64,000 nucleotides of DNA from Gemmatimonadota bacterium (GTDB lineage: Bacteria; Gemmatimonadota; Gemmatimonadetes; Gemmatimonadales; GWC2-71-9), in assembly GCA_041482275.1 (NCBI GenBank), contig JBGPDL010000005.1:2985-66984 (forward strand), written 5' to 3'. Position numbers and translations under genes: made by a program. Positions 33,747 through 43,033 of this stretch are shown in pieces; the first letter of the stretch is position 1, and every line of letters starts with the position of its first letter. The notes beneath the pieces are model-generated. The model had not been told where the DNA came from. It did no database searches and saw nothing but the letters and a program-made list of their open reading frames with translations.

Positions 33747-35222
33747 TTACTGAAACAGATTCGGCGCGCCCCCGCCCGTCTTTCCAAAGCCCGGTCCCTT
33801 CGGCTCGGCGCGGGCGCGCACGTAGCCGAGCTCGTCGTTGCGGGAAATGCGCTTCTCCGCCACGAGGCCCTCGAGTACCAGCTCGCAGGCGGCCACCACG
33901 GTGCCCGGGTCCTTCTTCGCGGCGAGGCCCACCCGGTCCACGAGGTCGAGCAGACCCGGCACCACGCTGAAGCCCTTGAGGCAGGTCTCCGAGCGCTCGT
34001 CCATGGACATCTTGAGGGCTCCACCCTCGTCGAACCAGTGGACGATGTCGTCCACGTTGGCGCCGCCCACGCGGGACTCGAAGGTCTTGCCCGCGGCGCG
34101 CCGGATCAGGTCCTTGGCGATCGATTCGGGACCCTGCAGCTCGCCTTCGTACTCGAGCTCGAGCTTGCCCGTGATCGCGGGCAGGGCGGCGTAGATGTCC
34201 GAGATGCGGGGCACCGCCGTCTTTTCCTTGGTGGCGATGGAGCGTCGCTCGGCGTTCGACACCACGTTCTCGAGCACGCTGATCGGCAGCCGTTGTGACA
34301 CGCCCGAGCGCCGGTCGACCCGCTTGTCCTCCCGCGCCTCGAAGGCCACGCGCTCGATCAATTCCGCAATGAAGTCGGGCAGCCTGACCGGTCGCCCCGT
34401 GCGCTCGAGCCAGGCTTCCTGGCGGGTGATCGCCGCGCCGAGATCGACGGTGTGGGGATAATGGGTCCCGATCTCCGAGCCGATGCGGTCTTTCAGCGGC
34501 GTGATGATCTTGCCGCGGGCCGTGTAGTCCTCGGGGTTGGCGGTGAACACGAGCCCCACGTCGAGGTTCAGCCGGACGGGATAGCCTTTGATCTGGACGT
34601 CCCCCTCCTGCATGATGTTGAACAACCCCACCTGGATCTTGCCGGCGAGGTCGGGCAGCTCGTTGATGGCGAAGATGCCGCGATTGGCGCGCGGCAGGAG
34701 GCCGAAATGCATCGTGAGCTCGTCGGACAGCAGATGACCGCCGCGCGCCGCCTTGATGGGGTCCACGTCGCCGATGATGTCGGCGATGGTGACGTCCGGC
34801 GTGGCGAGCTTCTCCACGAAGCGCGAGTCGCGCGGCAGCCAGGCGATCGGTGCCGCGTCGCCCCGCTCGCCCACGAGCTCGCGGCCGAACTTGGAGATCG
34901 GCGCGAACGGATTGTCGTTCACCTCGCTGCCAGCGAGAAACGGGACTTCTTCGTCGAGCAGCGTGACGAGCTGCCGCAGAATGCGGCTCTTCGCCTGCCC
35001 CCGCAGGCCGAGCAGGATGAAGTTGTGGCGCGACAGGACGGCGTTCACGAGCTGCGGGATGACGGTGTCCTCGTAGCCCACGATGCCCGGGAACAGCGGC
35101 GAGCCATTTTCGAGCAGGCAGACGAGATTCTCCCGCAGCTCGTCCTTGACGGTGCGGTGCATCCGAGCGGGACTCGCCCACTCGGTCTGTTTCAACTCGC
35201 CCAGTGTGGTCGGCTTGGTCAT
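33747..35222 (-). CDS. AAA+ ATPase of the Mg-chelatase ChlI/BchI-like type (often annotated as sigma-54-interaction-domain ATPase)
   Basis: 491 aa with Walker A-like GLRGQAKS and Walker B-like [11 protein letters not shown]. The overall ChlI-like layout has a long C-terminal helical region. Confidence 0.8.
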   Translation of the reverse strand: MTKPTTLGELKQTEWASPARMHRTVKDELRENLVCLLENGSPLFPGIVGYEDTVIPQLVNAVLSRHNFILLGLRGQAKSRILRQLVTLLDEEVPFLAGSEVNDNPFAPISKFGRELVGERGDAAPIAWLPRDSRFVEKLATPDVTIADIIGDVDPIKAARGGHLLSDELTMHFGLLPRANRGIFAINELPDLAGKIQVGLFNIMQEGDVQIKGYPVRLNLDVGLVFTANPEDYTARGKIITPLKDRIGSEIGTHYPHTVDLGAAITRQEAWLERTGRPVRLPDFIAELIERVAFEAREDKRVDRRSGVSQRLPISVLENVVSNAERRSIATKEKTAVPRISDIYAALPAITGKLELEYEGELQGPESIAKDLIRRAAGKTFESRVGGANVDDIVHWFDEGGALKMSMDERSETCLKGFSVVPGLLDLVDRVGLAAKKDPGTVVAACELVLEGLVAEKRISRNDELGYVRARAEPKGPGFGKTGGGAPNLFQ

Positions 35223-35232
35223 ATGGCGATAG

Positions 35233-38178
35233 TTAACCCGACCCCTCCGGCGGTGTAAAGAGTCGCAGCGCCGCGCTGCCCCACGCGGGCAGCTCGATCG
35301 TCACGCGCCCGTCCGGCGCGACGGGGATCGCCGCGCCGTTCATCTCCACGAAGTTCACGCGCCGCGCCGCGCGGAAACCGTAGGCCGCGGGCCAGACGCT
35401 CACCAGGCGGGTCACACCCGCGACGTCGAGAAGCTTTACGACGGCGCCCGTGCGGTCGTCCGCCGGCTTGACGCCCACCACCGCGACGCCAGGATCCGCG
35501 ATGAATAACCCCGAGTCCTTGCGGGCGAGCGCGCCGGAGCCCGCGCTCGCGTACGCGTCGCTCACGTAGAGCGGGTCGCACGCCGCCCAGCCCCGCCGCA
35601 CCGGCTCGGCGCGGTCTCCGCCCGGCCCGAGCGACGAGATGCGGAAGCGGAACGCGAGCTCGCCGCCCTGGCGGGCCGCGAAGTTGGTGGGCCAGTAGTT
35701 GTGCAACACGTACGCGAACAGCGTGCCGTCGGGCGCGAGCGTGCGCCGCCACTGGCCCCGGAAGATGTCGTTCAGCGTGAAGAGCGGCGTGTCGGGTGCG
35801 CTCCAGAGGATCCCATCCGTCGCGTCGTGCAGCCACACCCAGTGGGCGTGGCAGTACCAATCCCGGCAGCTGCCGGGCTGTTGGTCGCGCTCCACGGTCA
35901 TCCGCCCGAGGGGCACCTCCACATCCACCGTCGGCTTCGCGAGCGCGAACGGAAACGCGACGTACAGGGCTTCCTTGTCGAGCGTGGCGGGCTTGGCGAC
36001 GCGGTTCTCGATGTCCATCCAGGGGAGCTCGTCGTACAGGGTCACGACGGTCGTGACGCTCGTGCAGCCCTGCAGGCGGCGCTCGATGACGAGACGGGTC
36101 CCGATGCCCGGGAGGCGCTCGCGGCGCGCCGACGCGAGCTCGGCCTGGCTCACCGCAAGATCGGGAACAGTGCGCAGCTCGTCGCGGGCGCGGCCGGTCC
36201 AGAGGGCGCTATGCGCTCCCCCTTGCACGTACGCGAGCTGATTCAGCCCGGACCAGCCGGCGGGTCGGACGCGCTCCCTGCCGTCTCCCGTCGTGAGCGA
36301 GCGGATGGCGCCGCTCGCCGGGTCGAGCACCACGTGAAATCCCCCGGCCTGGGCCTCGAGTGCCGTGCCGTCGTCCCGAGGCGGATTCGGCGGCCGCTCG
36401 GTTTCCGCGACCGCCAGGTAACCGAGCGCCGGTACGTCCCGCGCCACCACGAGCGCCGAGCCGTCGGGCAGGTCCACCGCGGGCCAGTCGCGCCCGTCGA
36501 GCGCCAGCCGGCGACCGGCCCCGCCCGGCACCTGCAGCACGTCGCTCCGCACCCAGGTCGAGGCGTTGAACACGACCCGGCCACCGCCGGCCCCCGTGCT
36601 GAGGCCGATCCGGAGCAGCGCGGCCGCGATCTGGGTATCGGCGACGGCGGCGGCGCCGTCCAGCAGGCGCCGCTTGTACTCCCACTGCGCCGCCGCCTGC
36701 GGGCCGTCGGGGTCCGAGACGCTGGCTGCCGATCCCCAAGTGTGCTCTCCGAACAGCAGCAGGGCGCGCCACATGCGGCGGCGCTCCTCGGCCCGCCGTG
36801 CGATCCGCTGCGCCGCGCCTGCGGGGCGCGGCTCGGTGCGCTCGTCCCACAATGCGAGCAGCTCCGCCGCCCGGGCGGCGAGCTGAGTGGCCCGGAAGCG
36901 CGCCAGCTCGGCAGCGGTCGAGGCGGCACCATCCTCGCGGTAGCACCCCGTGTCGCCGCGTCGCACGGGGAGCTTGGCGCCCCAGCGCCGCTCCACCTCG
37001 CGGAAGAAGTCCTCAGGCCGCGCCGCCACCAGCCGGGGATACGCGTAGCGCCGGTTGAACTCGTTCACATTCGCGACCACGGCTTCGTCCACCAGGCCGT
37101 TATCGCCCGCCGCGCCCCACAACAGCGCCACATCGTACGGGTAGCCGGGAGAAAGGAGGACGGGGTGCGCGAGCAGCCACTCGGAGAGCCGCTGCGCCAT
37201 CTCCGCCGGGCCGATGTCGAAGCCGAAGCGCGGCCCGTCGGTGTACTGGTCGGACCGCCAGTGCAACACGCGGCTCCCGTCGGGTCCCTCCCACCAGTAG
37301 AGCTGGGGGTACGCGGTCCACTCGCCCGCGAGCTGGGCGCGTGCCGCGTCGGCGGGCGACAGCAGCGGTGCGGCGCGCTCCGGATTGACGCCGCTCGCCA
37401 AATAGCGCACGCCGCTCGCTGCGAGCAGGGAGGGGAACGTGAGCGTCTGCCCGGGCACGTCGGCGCTGAGGGCGGCGAGGTAGCCGAGTCCCTGCTCACG
37501 CGCGAACAGGCCGGCGGGCCACACGGCGCGCGCCAGCGTCTCGTGATCGAGGATTCCCGTCAAGAGGTGCGCGAACAGGGGGGAGAAGCCGATCCGGCCG
37601 GCACGCATCGCCTGCGCCAACGCTTGGCCGGCCGCCGGGGCGCGGGTTTCGACGTAGGAGATCACCTGCAGCGCGCAGTCCGCCGTCCAGTGGAACTCCG
37701 GGTGGGCGGGCAATCGGGCCAGCGCGGCGTCCAGGTTGGCGCGGTGGATCTCGAGCGTCCGCTCCTGTAGATCGGTGCGCCCCACGTCAGTGTGACTCGA
37801 CGCGATCCAGTACAGGGTCCAACGTCGCGGCGGGGCGAGCCGCACGCGCTGGCGCGCGACGCGCTGCTTCCCGACCTCGACCTCGATTTGGAACTCGGTC
37901 GCCCGGGACAGCGGTACCCAGACTTCGCCGGCGAGTCCCGCGTCGCCGGGGAGCAGTCCAGCCGTGCCGACGAGCGTGCCGCGGTAGTCGGTGACGCGGG
38001 CGCGGGCAGCGGGCGCGTCGAGGCCGGTGACGGCGACGCGCACCAGGTTGTTACGGCCGTCGGGCTGCTGGTACAGCGCGGTCGGGCGCGCTGCGATGAG
38101 AACCGGGGGCGTGGCGCGGTGCCGTCGCACGAGCGGCAGCGTGCCGAGCCACGCGACGAAGCTGCGGCGGTCGGTCAT
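35233..38178 (-). CDS. Large secreted glycoside-hydrolase-like protein (GH38 alpha-mannosidase-like N-terminal domain suspected), Tat signal
   Basis: 981 aa with a twin-arginine N-terminus [12 protein letters not shown]. The SSHTDVG metal-site-like motif and downstream pattern are reminiscent of GH38-type domains. The family assignment is tentative. Confidence 0.5.
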   Translation of the reverse strand: MTDRRSFVAWLGTLPLVRRHRATPPVLIAARPTALYQQPDGRNNLVRVAVTGLDAPAARARVTDYRGTLVGTAGLLPGDAGLAGEVWVPLSRATEFQIEVEVGKQRVARQRVRLAPPRRWTLYWIASSHTDVGRTDLQERTLEIHRANLDAALARLPAHPEFHWTADCALQVISYVETRAPAAGQALAQAMRAGRIGFSPLFAHLLTGILDHETLARAVWPAGLFAREQGLGYLAALSADVPGQTLTFPSLLAASGVRYLASGVNPERAAPLLSPADAARAQLAGEWTAYPQLYWWEGPDGSRVLHWRSDQYTDGPRFGFDIGPAEMAQRLSEWLLAHPVLLSPGYPYDVALLWGAAGDNGLVDEAVVANVNEFNRRYAYPRLVAARPEDFFREVERRWGAKLPVRRGDTGCYREDGAASTAAELARFRATQLAARAAELLALWDERTEPRPAGAAQRIARRAEERRRMWRALLLFGEHTWGSAASVSDPDGPQAAAQWEYKRRLLDGAAAVADTQIAAALLRIGLSTGAGGGRVVFNASTWVRSDVLQVPGGAGRRLALDGRDWPAVDLPDGSALVVARDVPALGYLAVAETERPPNPPRDDGTALEAQAGGFHVVLDPASGAIRSLTTGDGRERVRPAGWSGLNQLAYVQGGAHSALWTGRARDELRTVPDLAVSQAELASARRERLPGIGTRLVIERRLQGCTSVTTVVTLYDELPWMDIENRVAKPATLDKEALYVAFPFALAKPTVDVEVPLGRMTVERDQQPGSCRDWYCHAHWVWLHDATDGILWSAPDTPLFTLNDIFRGQWRRTLAPDGTLFAYVLHNYWPTNFAARQGGELAFRFRISSLGPGGDRAEPVRRGWAACDPLYVSDAYASAGSGALARKDSGLFIADPGVAVVGVKPADDRTGAVVKLLDVAGVTRLVSVWPAAYGFRAARRVNFVEMNGAAIPVAPDGRVTIELPAWGSAALRLFTPPEGSG

Positions 38179-38290
38179 GTCGGGCTAATACACCCCCCAG
38201 CGCGGCGCGGCCTTGACTCCCGTGAGCATGCCGCTAGGTTTTCCCCCGCCGACACCCCCCCATAGCTACTATTCCCTAAGAGGAGCTCGC

Positions 38291-38488
38291 ATGAAGCGTA
38301 TCGCATTGGCCCTCGCCGTCGTGGCGCTGGGCGCCTGTAAGAAGGCGGAGCAGCAGCCCGCGCAGAGTCAGATGATGAGCGACACGTCGCACATGATGAT
38401 GAGCGACACCTCGCACATGCAGATGATGGTCGACACCTCGATGCACGTGATGAAGGCCGACACGTCGAAGCCCAAGAAAAAGCCGTAA
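38291..38488 (+). CDS. Small lipoprotein with Met/His-rich tandem repeats (putative metal-binding)
   Basis: The ATG is preceded by AAGAGGAG. The signal/lipobox is MKRIALALAVVALGAC. The mature part reads QMMSDTSHMMMSDTSHMQMMVDTSMHVMKADTSKPKKKP and is encoded by about four degenerate 21-24-nt DNA repeats. Confidence 0.65.
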   Translation: MKRIALALAVVALGACKKAEQQPAQSQMMSDTSHMMMSDTSHMQMMVDTSMHVMKADTSKPKKKP

Positions 38489-38523
38489 GCGACGGTTTGA
38501 CTCCGTAGTGACGATGCCCGGGA

Positions 38524-39510
38524 CTAGCGCCCGGGCGTTTCGTTCTCCAGGAACCAGGCGGCCGTGCGGGCGATGGCCTGCGGCGCGGGCGTGGGCGGGC
38601 TCCAGCCGAGCTCACGGCGGGCGCGCTCGTCCACGTACGGATTGTCGCCGCTCAGGAACGCCGCGGCGGCGCGTGCCAGCCGAGGCGCCGTGAACAGGCT
38701 GATCGCGAGTCCCGCGAGGGGCCGTGGGATCGGCACCGGCCGGTATCGCCGGCCGAGCGCCGCCGCGAACGCGTCGAAGAACTCGCGCTGCGTCAACGCC
38801 GGCGCACCGTCGCCGGCGACGTTGTACGCGCGGAAACCGTGCAACGGCGCGTCGAGCGCTGCGAGCGCTGCGGCGGCGACGTTCCCGGCGTACACGCACG
38901 ACAGCCTGTTCCTCCCATTGCCGATCTGCGGCGGAAAGGCGAACCGCACCGCGCGGAGGACGCGGGGCGTGAACAGCCGATCTCGCTCACCGTAGATGAC
39001 CGTCGGACGCAGCGCTGCCGCGTGGAGCTCCCCACGCTCCGCCGCCTCGCGCACGACCTGCTCCGCCATCCGCTTGCTGCGGCCGTAGTAATCGAGCTGG
39101 CTGATCGGTTGGAACGCGTATGCTTCATCGCGGCGCTCCGGCCCCTGCGGATAGGCGGCTGAGCCGCTGTACACCGCCACCGAGGAGATGTGGACGAGCC
39201 GCGCGTCGGCCGCGCGGGCCGCCCCGATCGCGAGTCGGGTCCCGTCGACGTTCACCGCGACGTACTGCTCCCAGGTGGCGCGCCGTTGGACGATGGCGGC
39301 GGCGTGCACGATCGCGCGGACGCCGCGCGCCGCCGCGGGCCACGCCACCGGATCGGTGACGTCACCGACCACGACCTCGGCGCCCAGGCGCACGACCGCC
39401 GCGCGGCTTCCGGGCCGCACCAGCGCGCGCACCGGCTCGCCCCGGGCTGCGAGCGCCTCGACGACGTGGCTGCCGACGAGGCCGCTCGCGCCGGTGACGA
39501 GCACGGTCAT
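38524..39510 (-). CDS. NAD-dependent epimerase/dehydratase-family SDR
   Basis: Start trimmed to ATG 39510 (MTVLVTGASGLVGSHVV). It carries the catalytic YGRSK (YxxxK). The start overlaps the ygfZ stop by 4 nt. Confidence 0.85.
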   Translation of the reverse strand: MTVLVTGASGLVGSHVVEALAARGEPVRALVRPGSRAAVVRLGAEVVVGDVTDPVAWPAAARGVRAIVHAAAIVQRRATWEQYVAVNVDGTRLAIGAARAADARLVHISSVAVYSGSAAYPQGPERRDEAYAFQPISQLDYYGRSKRMAEQVVREAAERGELHAAALRPTVIYGERDRLFTPRVLRAVRFAFPPQIGNGRNRLSCVYAGNVAAAALAALDAPLHGFRAYNVAGDGAPALTQREFFDAFAAALGRRYRPVPIPRPLAGLAISLFTAPRLARAAAAFLSGDNPYVDERARRELGWSPPTPAPQAIARTAAWFLENETPGR

Positions 39511-40556
39511 GCGGGGGCGGCGGTGGCGAGCGCGAAGGGGAGGTCCACCACGCGCGCGTCGTGGCCCGCCGCGCGGACCATCGCGCCGGGCGCCACTTCC
39601 CGCCGGATCACCGCGAGTCCGATCCAGCGTCCGGCGCCCGGCAGCCCGGCATCGGGCACGAAGGCGAGGCTCGTCACGCGGCCCACGTCGCGATCCATAT
39701 GCGTGACCACGCTCCAGCCGCTGGCCGGAGCGACGGGCGGCTCGGGGTCGAACAGCAGGCCACGCAGCTGGCGGTTGGCGTGCCCGCGGAAATGCAGCCG
39801 TGCAACCGTTTCCTGGCCGGTGTAGCAGCCCTTGGTGTAGGAAACGCCGTCGATGGCGTCGAAGCGGACTTCCTGGGGGATGGTCTTGTCGTCGATCTCC
39901 GCGCCCAAGCGCGGCCAACCCGCGAGGATCCGCCCCAGCTCGAGCGCCGCCGCACTCGCCGCGACCGCGCCCGCCGCCTCGAGTCGCGTCGCGAGCAGCG
40001 CGGCGGCCGCGGCGGGGGCCGTCACCTGGATGACGAAGGGCGCCCCGGCCGTGGCGCGCGCGACCTCCACGCCGTCCGCCCCACACAGCACCCGCCCCGG
40101 CGCGGCGGGCACGGTGAGCCCGGCGGCGCCGGCCACCGCCAGCGCGCGCGGCCCGGCCACGCGGCGGGTCACGACGTCGGCCGAGCGGTCGATGACGCGG
40201 GCAAGGCGCGGAGGGATCGAGCGGCCGAAAATCCCGAGCGCGCGATCGCGGCCGTCGGCAGGCACCGTGAAAGTCATGGTCTGGCCGAGCCGCGCCGCCC
40301 AACCGTCCACGACGATCATGCCCTTCGGCGTCAGCAGCGCGCCGTACACGAACCCGCCGTCGCCGGGCAGCTCCACGTCGTTCGTGAGCAGACCCTGGAC
40401 GCAGGTGACGGCCCCGGGGCCCGTCAGCTCCACCACCGCCGTCTCGGCGCGACATACGACAGCGCCGGTGTCCAGCGCCGTGAGCGACGCGGCGGTCACC
40501 TCGCGGGGCTCGACCCGCGCGATCTGCGCCGCCGTCTCCACCGCCCTCTCGGTCAT
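39507..40556 (-). CDS. ygfZ: Folate-binding YgfZ/GcvT-like protein (Fe-S cluster enzyme maintenance)
   Basis: 349 aa with a GcvT-like fold pattern and the signature KGCYTGQE. Confidence 0.8.
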   Translation of the reverse strand: MTERAVETAAQIARVEPREVTAASLTALDTGAVVCRAETAVVELTGPGAVTCVQGLLTNDVELPGDGGFVYGALLTPKGMIVVDGWAARLGQTMTFTVPADGRDRALGIFGRSIPPRLARVIDRSADVVTRRVAGPRALAVAGAAGLTVPAAPGRVLCGADGVEVARATAGAPFVIQVTAPAAAAALLATRLEAAGAVAASAAALELGRILAGWPRLGAEIDDKTIPQEVRFDAIDGVSYTKGCYTGQETVARLHFRGHANRQLRGLLFDPEPPVAPASGWSVVTHMDRDVGRVTSLAFVPDAGLPGAGRWIGLAVIRREVAPGAMVRAAGHDARVVDLPFALATAAPA

Positions 40557-40559
40557 CCT

Positions 40560-41825
40560 TCAAGCATAATAGCCCGCCGCCCGGTACGATTCGTCGAGCA
40601 GCTCGACCGGATGCCGCACGGCGGCCGTAAGGCCCGCCGCTCCAAGCCCGGCGCCGAGCTGCATGAGGCACCCGGGATTGCCAGTGGCCACCACCTGAGG
40701 CCGGGCCTCGGCGAGCGAGGCGAGTTTCGGCGCCAGTACGGCGCGCGACATCGCCGGCTCGACCAGCGTGAACAGCCCCGCGCTGCCGCAACACTGTGCC
40801 GCGTCGGCCGTGGCGGTCACCCGCAGGACGGGAATCGCGGCCAACAGGCGCAGCGGCGGCTCGGCGATCCGCTGGGCGTGCAGCAGGTGGCACGGCGGAT
40901 CGTAGGCGACGGTGGCGTCGACCGGCGCGCCGGGCCGCGGGCCCCGGTCTGCGAGCAGCTCGCTCACGTCCCGCACCCGGGCGGCGAAGCTCGTCCCGGA
41001 ACCGTCGACCAGGTGGCCGTACTCCTTGAGCGTCGCTCCGCACCCCGCGCTGTTGACGACGATGAGCTCTGCGGCGTCGCTGCCGAAGGCGGCGACGTTG
41101 GTTCGAGCGAGTCGCCGCGCCTCGTCCCGCAGGCCGGCGTGCGCGTGCAACGCGCCGCAGCACACCTGCGCCGGGACCTCGCGCACGGCGTAGCCGTTCA
41201 CTTCGAGGGTGCGGATGGTGGCGTCGTGCACGTGAGAGAAGAGGCCGTCCATGATGCAGCCGCGGAACAACAGGACGGTGGAGGATGGTGGAGGATGGTG
41301 GAGGATGTCGCGGGGCGCACCTCTACCACCCTCCACTGCCCTCCACCGCCCTCCACCGCCCTTCGGCGCCGTTGCCGCGAGCATCCCCATCGCGAACCGG
41401 AACCGCCCCCACCCCGCGAGGCGGCGCGGGATTCCTGTCGCGCGCAACGCCCGCGCCAACGCGTACAGGATGCGCGATCCGCCCGCGCCCGTGAGGGCCG
41501 CGAGCGCCGCGCGCACGAGGGGCGGCACACCCCCCGCTCGGCGCTCCGCCATGAAGGCCCGGGCGGCCTCCAGCCCGCGGCCGTAGCCCACGCCCGACGG
41601 GCAGACGGGCTCGCACCCGCGGCACCCGAGACAGCGGTCGAGGTGCAGAGCGACGCCGGGGTCGTCCGGCGCCAACTCGCCGGTCTCGACCGCGCGCATC
41701 AGCTCGATGCGGCCGCGCGGGCTGTCGGCCTCGTCGCCGGTGGCGAGAAAGGTGGGGCACGCCTGGAGGCAGAAGCCACAATGCACGCAACTGTCCAGCG
41801 CTTCGAAGCCCCCGCGATCCGTCAT
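40560..41825 (-). CDS. glcF: Glycolate oxidase iron-sulfur subunit
   Basis: Start at ATG 41825 (MTDRGGFEALDSCVHCGFCLQACP). It has two 4Fe-4S motifs (CxxCxxCxxxCP) and two CCG domains. It contains a roughly 28-aa repeat-derived insert. Confidence 0.9.
   Translation of the reverse strand: MTDRGGFEALDSCVHCGFCLQACPTFLATGDEADSPRGRIELMRAVETGELAPDDPGVALHLDRCLGCRGCEPVCPSGVGYGRGLEAARAFMAERRAGGVPPLVRAALAALTGAGGSRILYALARALRATGIPRRLAGWGRFRFAMGMLAATAPKGGGGRWRAVEGGRGAPRDILHHPPPSSTVLLFRGCIMDGLFSHVHDATIRTLEVNGYAVREVPAQVCCGALHAHAGLRDEARRLARTNVAAFGSDAAELIVVNSAGCGATLKEYGHLVDGSGTSFAARVRDVSELLADRGPRPGAPVDATVAYDPPCHLLHAQRIAEPPLRLLAAIPVLRVTATADAAQCCGSAGLFTLVEPAMSRAVLAPKLASLAEARPQVVATGNPGCLMQLGAGLGAAGLTAAVRHPVELLDESYRAAGYYA
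41277..41361. repeat. In-frame hairpin element with tandem 10-nt arms (GGTGGAGGNN family) inside glcF
   Basis: (GGTGGAGGAT)x3 faces CACCTCTACCACCCTCCACTGCCCTCCACCGCCCTCCACCGCCC. On the coding strand it is translated as KGGGGRWRAVEGGRGAPRDILHHPPPSST. Confidence 0.75.
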
Positions 41826-43033
41826 TCCGCTCCTTCGACTGCCACCACGAACGCCTCGCCGGGATCGAACGTGCGTCGCAGCCCGGCCACGAGCGGACCC
41901 ACGCCTTCGCGGTAGGCGCCGAAGTGACCGACGGCGGCGCGGATCGGCCAGGGGGCGCGCTCCAGCGTGAGGGGCACCTCGAGCCCGGCCAACGTGCGCC
42001 GCAGCCGTCGCAGCCGATCGGCCGTGGTCGCGCCGCCCCACCTGATCGCACCGATCCCCGGACTCGCCGAGATCCACTCGTCACCAACCTGGTGCTGCAG
42101 CAGGTCCAGCAGCTCGTCGCTCGAGTCCGCGAGCCCGCCGATGCGGAACGCCACCGGCCGGGCGGCAAAGCTCTCGGCGGCGCGCATCCACACGGCGTGG
42201 GCTTCGTCCGCCCGGAGCGCGCTGAAGCGTCCCCCGGTGGCGGCGCGCAGCCCGGTCTCCTCGGCCGAGACGAGGGCCGCCGACCCGGCGAACCGGACCG
42301 CCAGCAGCCAGCGCTCACGGCGCGCCAGCGCGGGCGACAGCAGCTCGTGCGCCGCCGGCTGGATGCCGGCCGCGGCGATGTCCTCGGCCACCTGCGTCAG
42401 GTCCTCGCGCGATCCCTCGAGCACGAGCGTCGTGTCGGCGCGCGGCAGGGCGCGGAGCCGCAGATGCACCAGCACGATCACGCCGAACGCGCCGAACCCG
42501 CCCGCTTCGAGTTTGGTGAGGTCGTAGCCAGCGACGTTCTTCATTACCCGGCCGCCGCTCTGCACCAGCCGGCCGTCGCCGGTCACGAACGTGACGCCCA
42601 GGAGATGGTCGCGCACCGGACCGAATCCCTGCCGCAGGGGGCCCGCCGTCGCGGTCGCCACGATCGAGCCGAGCGTGCGGCCGGCGAGCCCCGGCGGATC
42701 GAGGGCGAGCCAGGTGCCACGGTCCGCGAGCTGTTGACGCAGCAGGTCGCAACCGATGCCCGCTTCCGCGGTTGCGGAGAGGTCCTGCGGCTCGATGGCG
42801 GGGACCTTGTCCAGCCGGCGCGTGGTGAGGGCCAGGTCGGCGGGAGCATCGGCCGCGAGCCAGGTGCCGGCCCCCTCGATCCGGATGCGCCATCCTTCTT
42901 CGCGCGCCGTTCCGAGCAGCAGAGCGACCGCATCCGGCGACGCTGGCGCCACCCGGGGCACGCCGTCCGGCGTGGCGGCCCGATCCACGGCCTCGTCGCC
43001 GAGCAGGGCACGGACGCGCTCGACGAGACTCAT
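41822..43033 (-). CDS. glcE: Glycolate oxidase FAD-binding subunit
   Basis: Start at ATG 43033 (MSLVERVRALLG). It has an FAD_binding_4-like domain and 4-nt overlaps with both glcD and glcF. Confidence 0.85.
   Translation of the reverse strand: MSLVERVRALLGDEAVDRAATPDGVPRVAPASPDAVALLLGTAREEGWRIRIEGAGTWLAADAPADLALTTRRLDKVPAIEPQDLSATAEAGIGCDLLRQQLADRGTWLALDPPGLAGRTLGSIVATATAGPLRQGFGPVRDHLLGVTFVTGDGRLVQSGGRVMKNVAGYDLTKLEAGGFGAFGVIVLVHLRLRALPRADTTLVLEGSREDLTQVAEDIAAAGIQPAAHELLSPALARRERWLLAVRFAGSAALVSAEETGLRAATGGRFSALRADEAHAVWMRAAESFAARPVAFRIGGLADSSDELLDLLQHQVGDEWISASPGIGAIRWGGATTADRLRRLRRTLAGLEVPLTLERAPWPIRAAVGHFGAYREGVGPLVAGLRRTFDPGEAFVVAVEGAE

Noticed and set aside
14755-41361. CRISPR array, suspected because of short tandem repeats
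   Set aside because: The repeat units are 7-10 nt, contiguous and without spacers, and arranged as inverted arms. There are no cas genes. This is not a CRISPR architecture.
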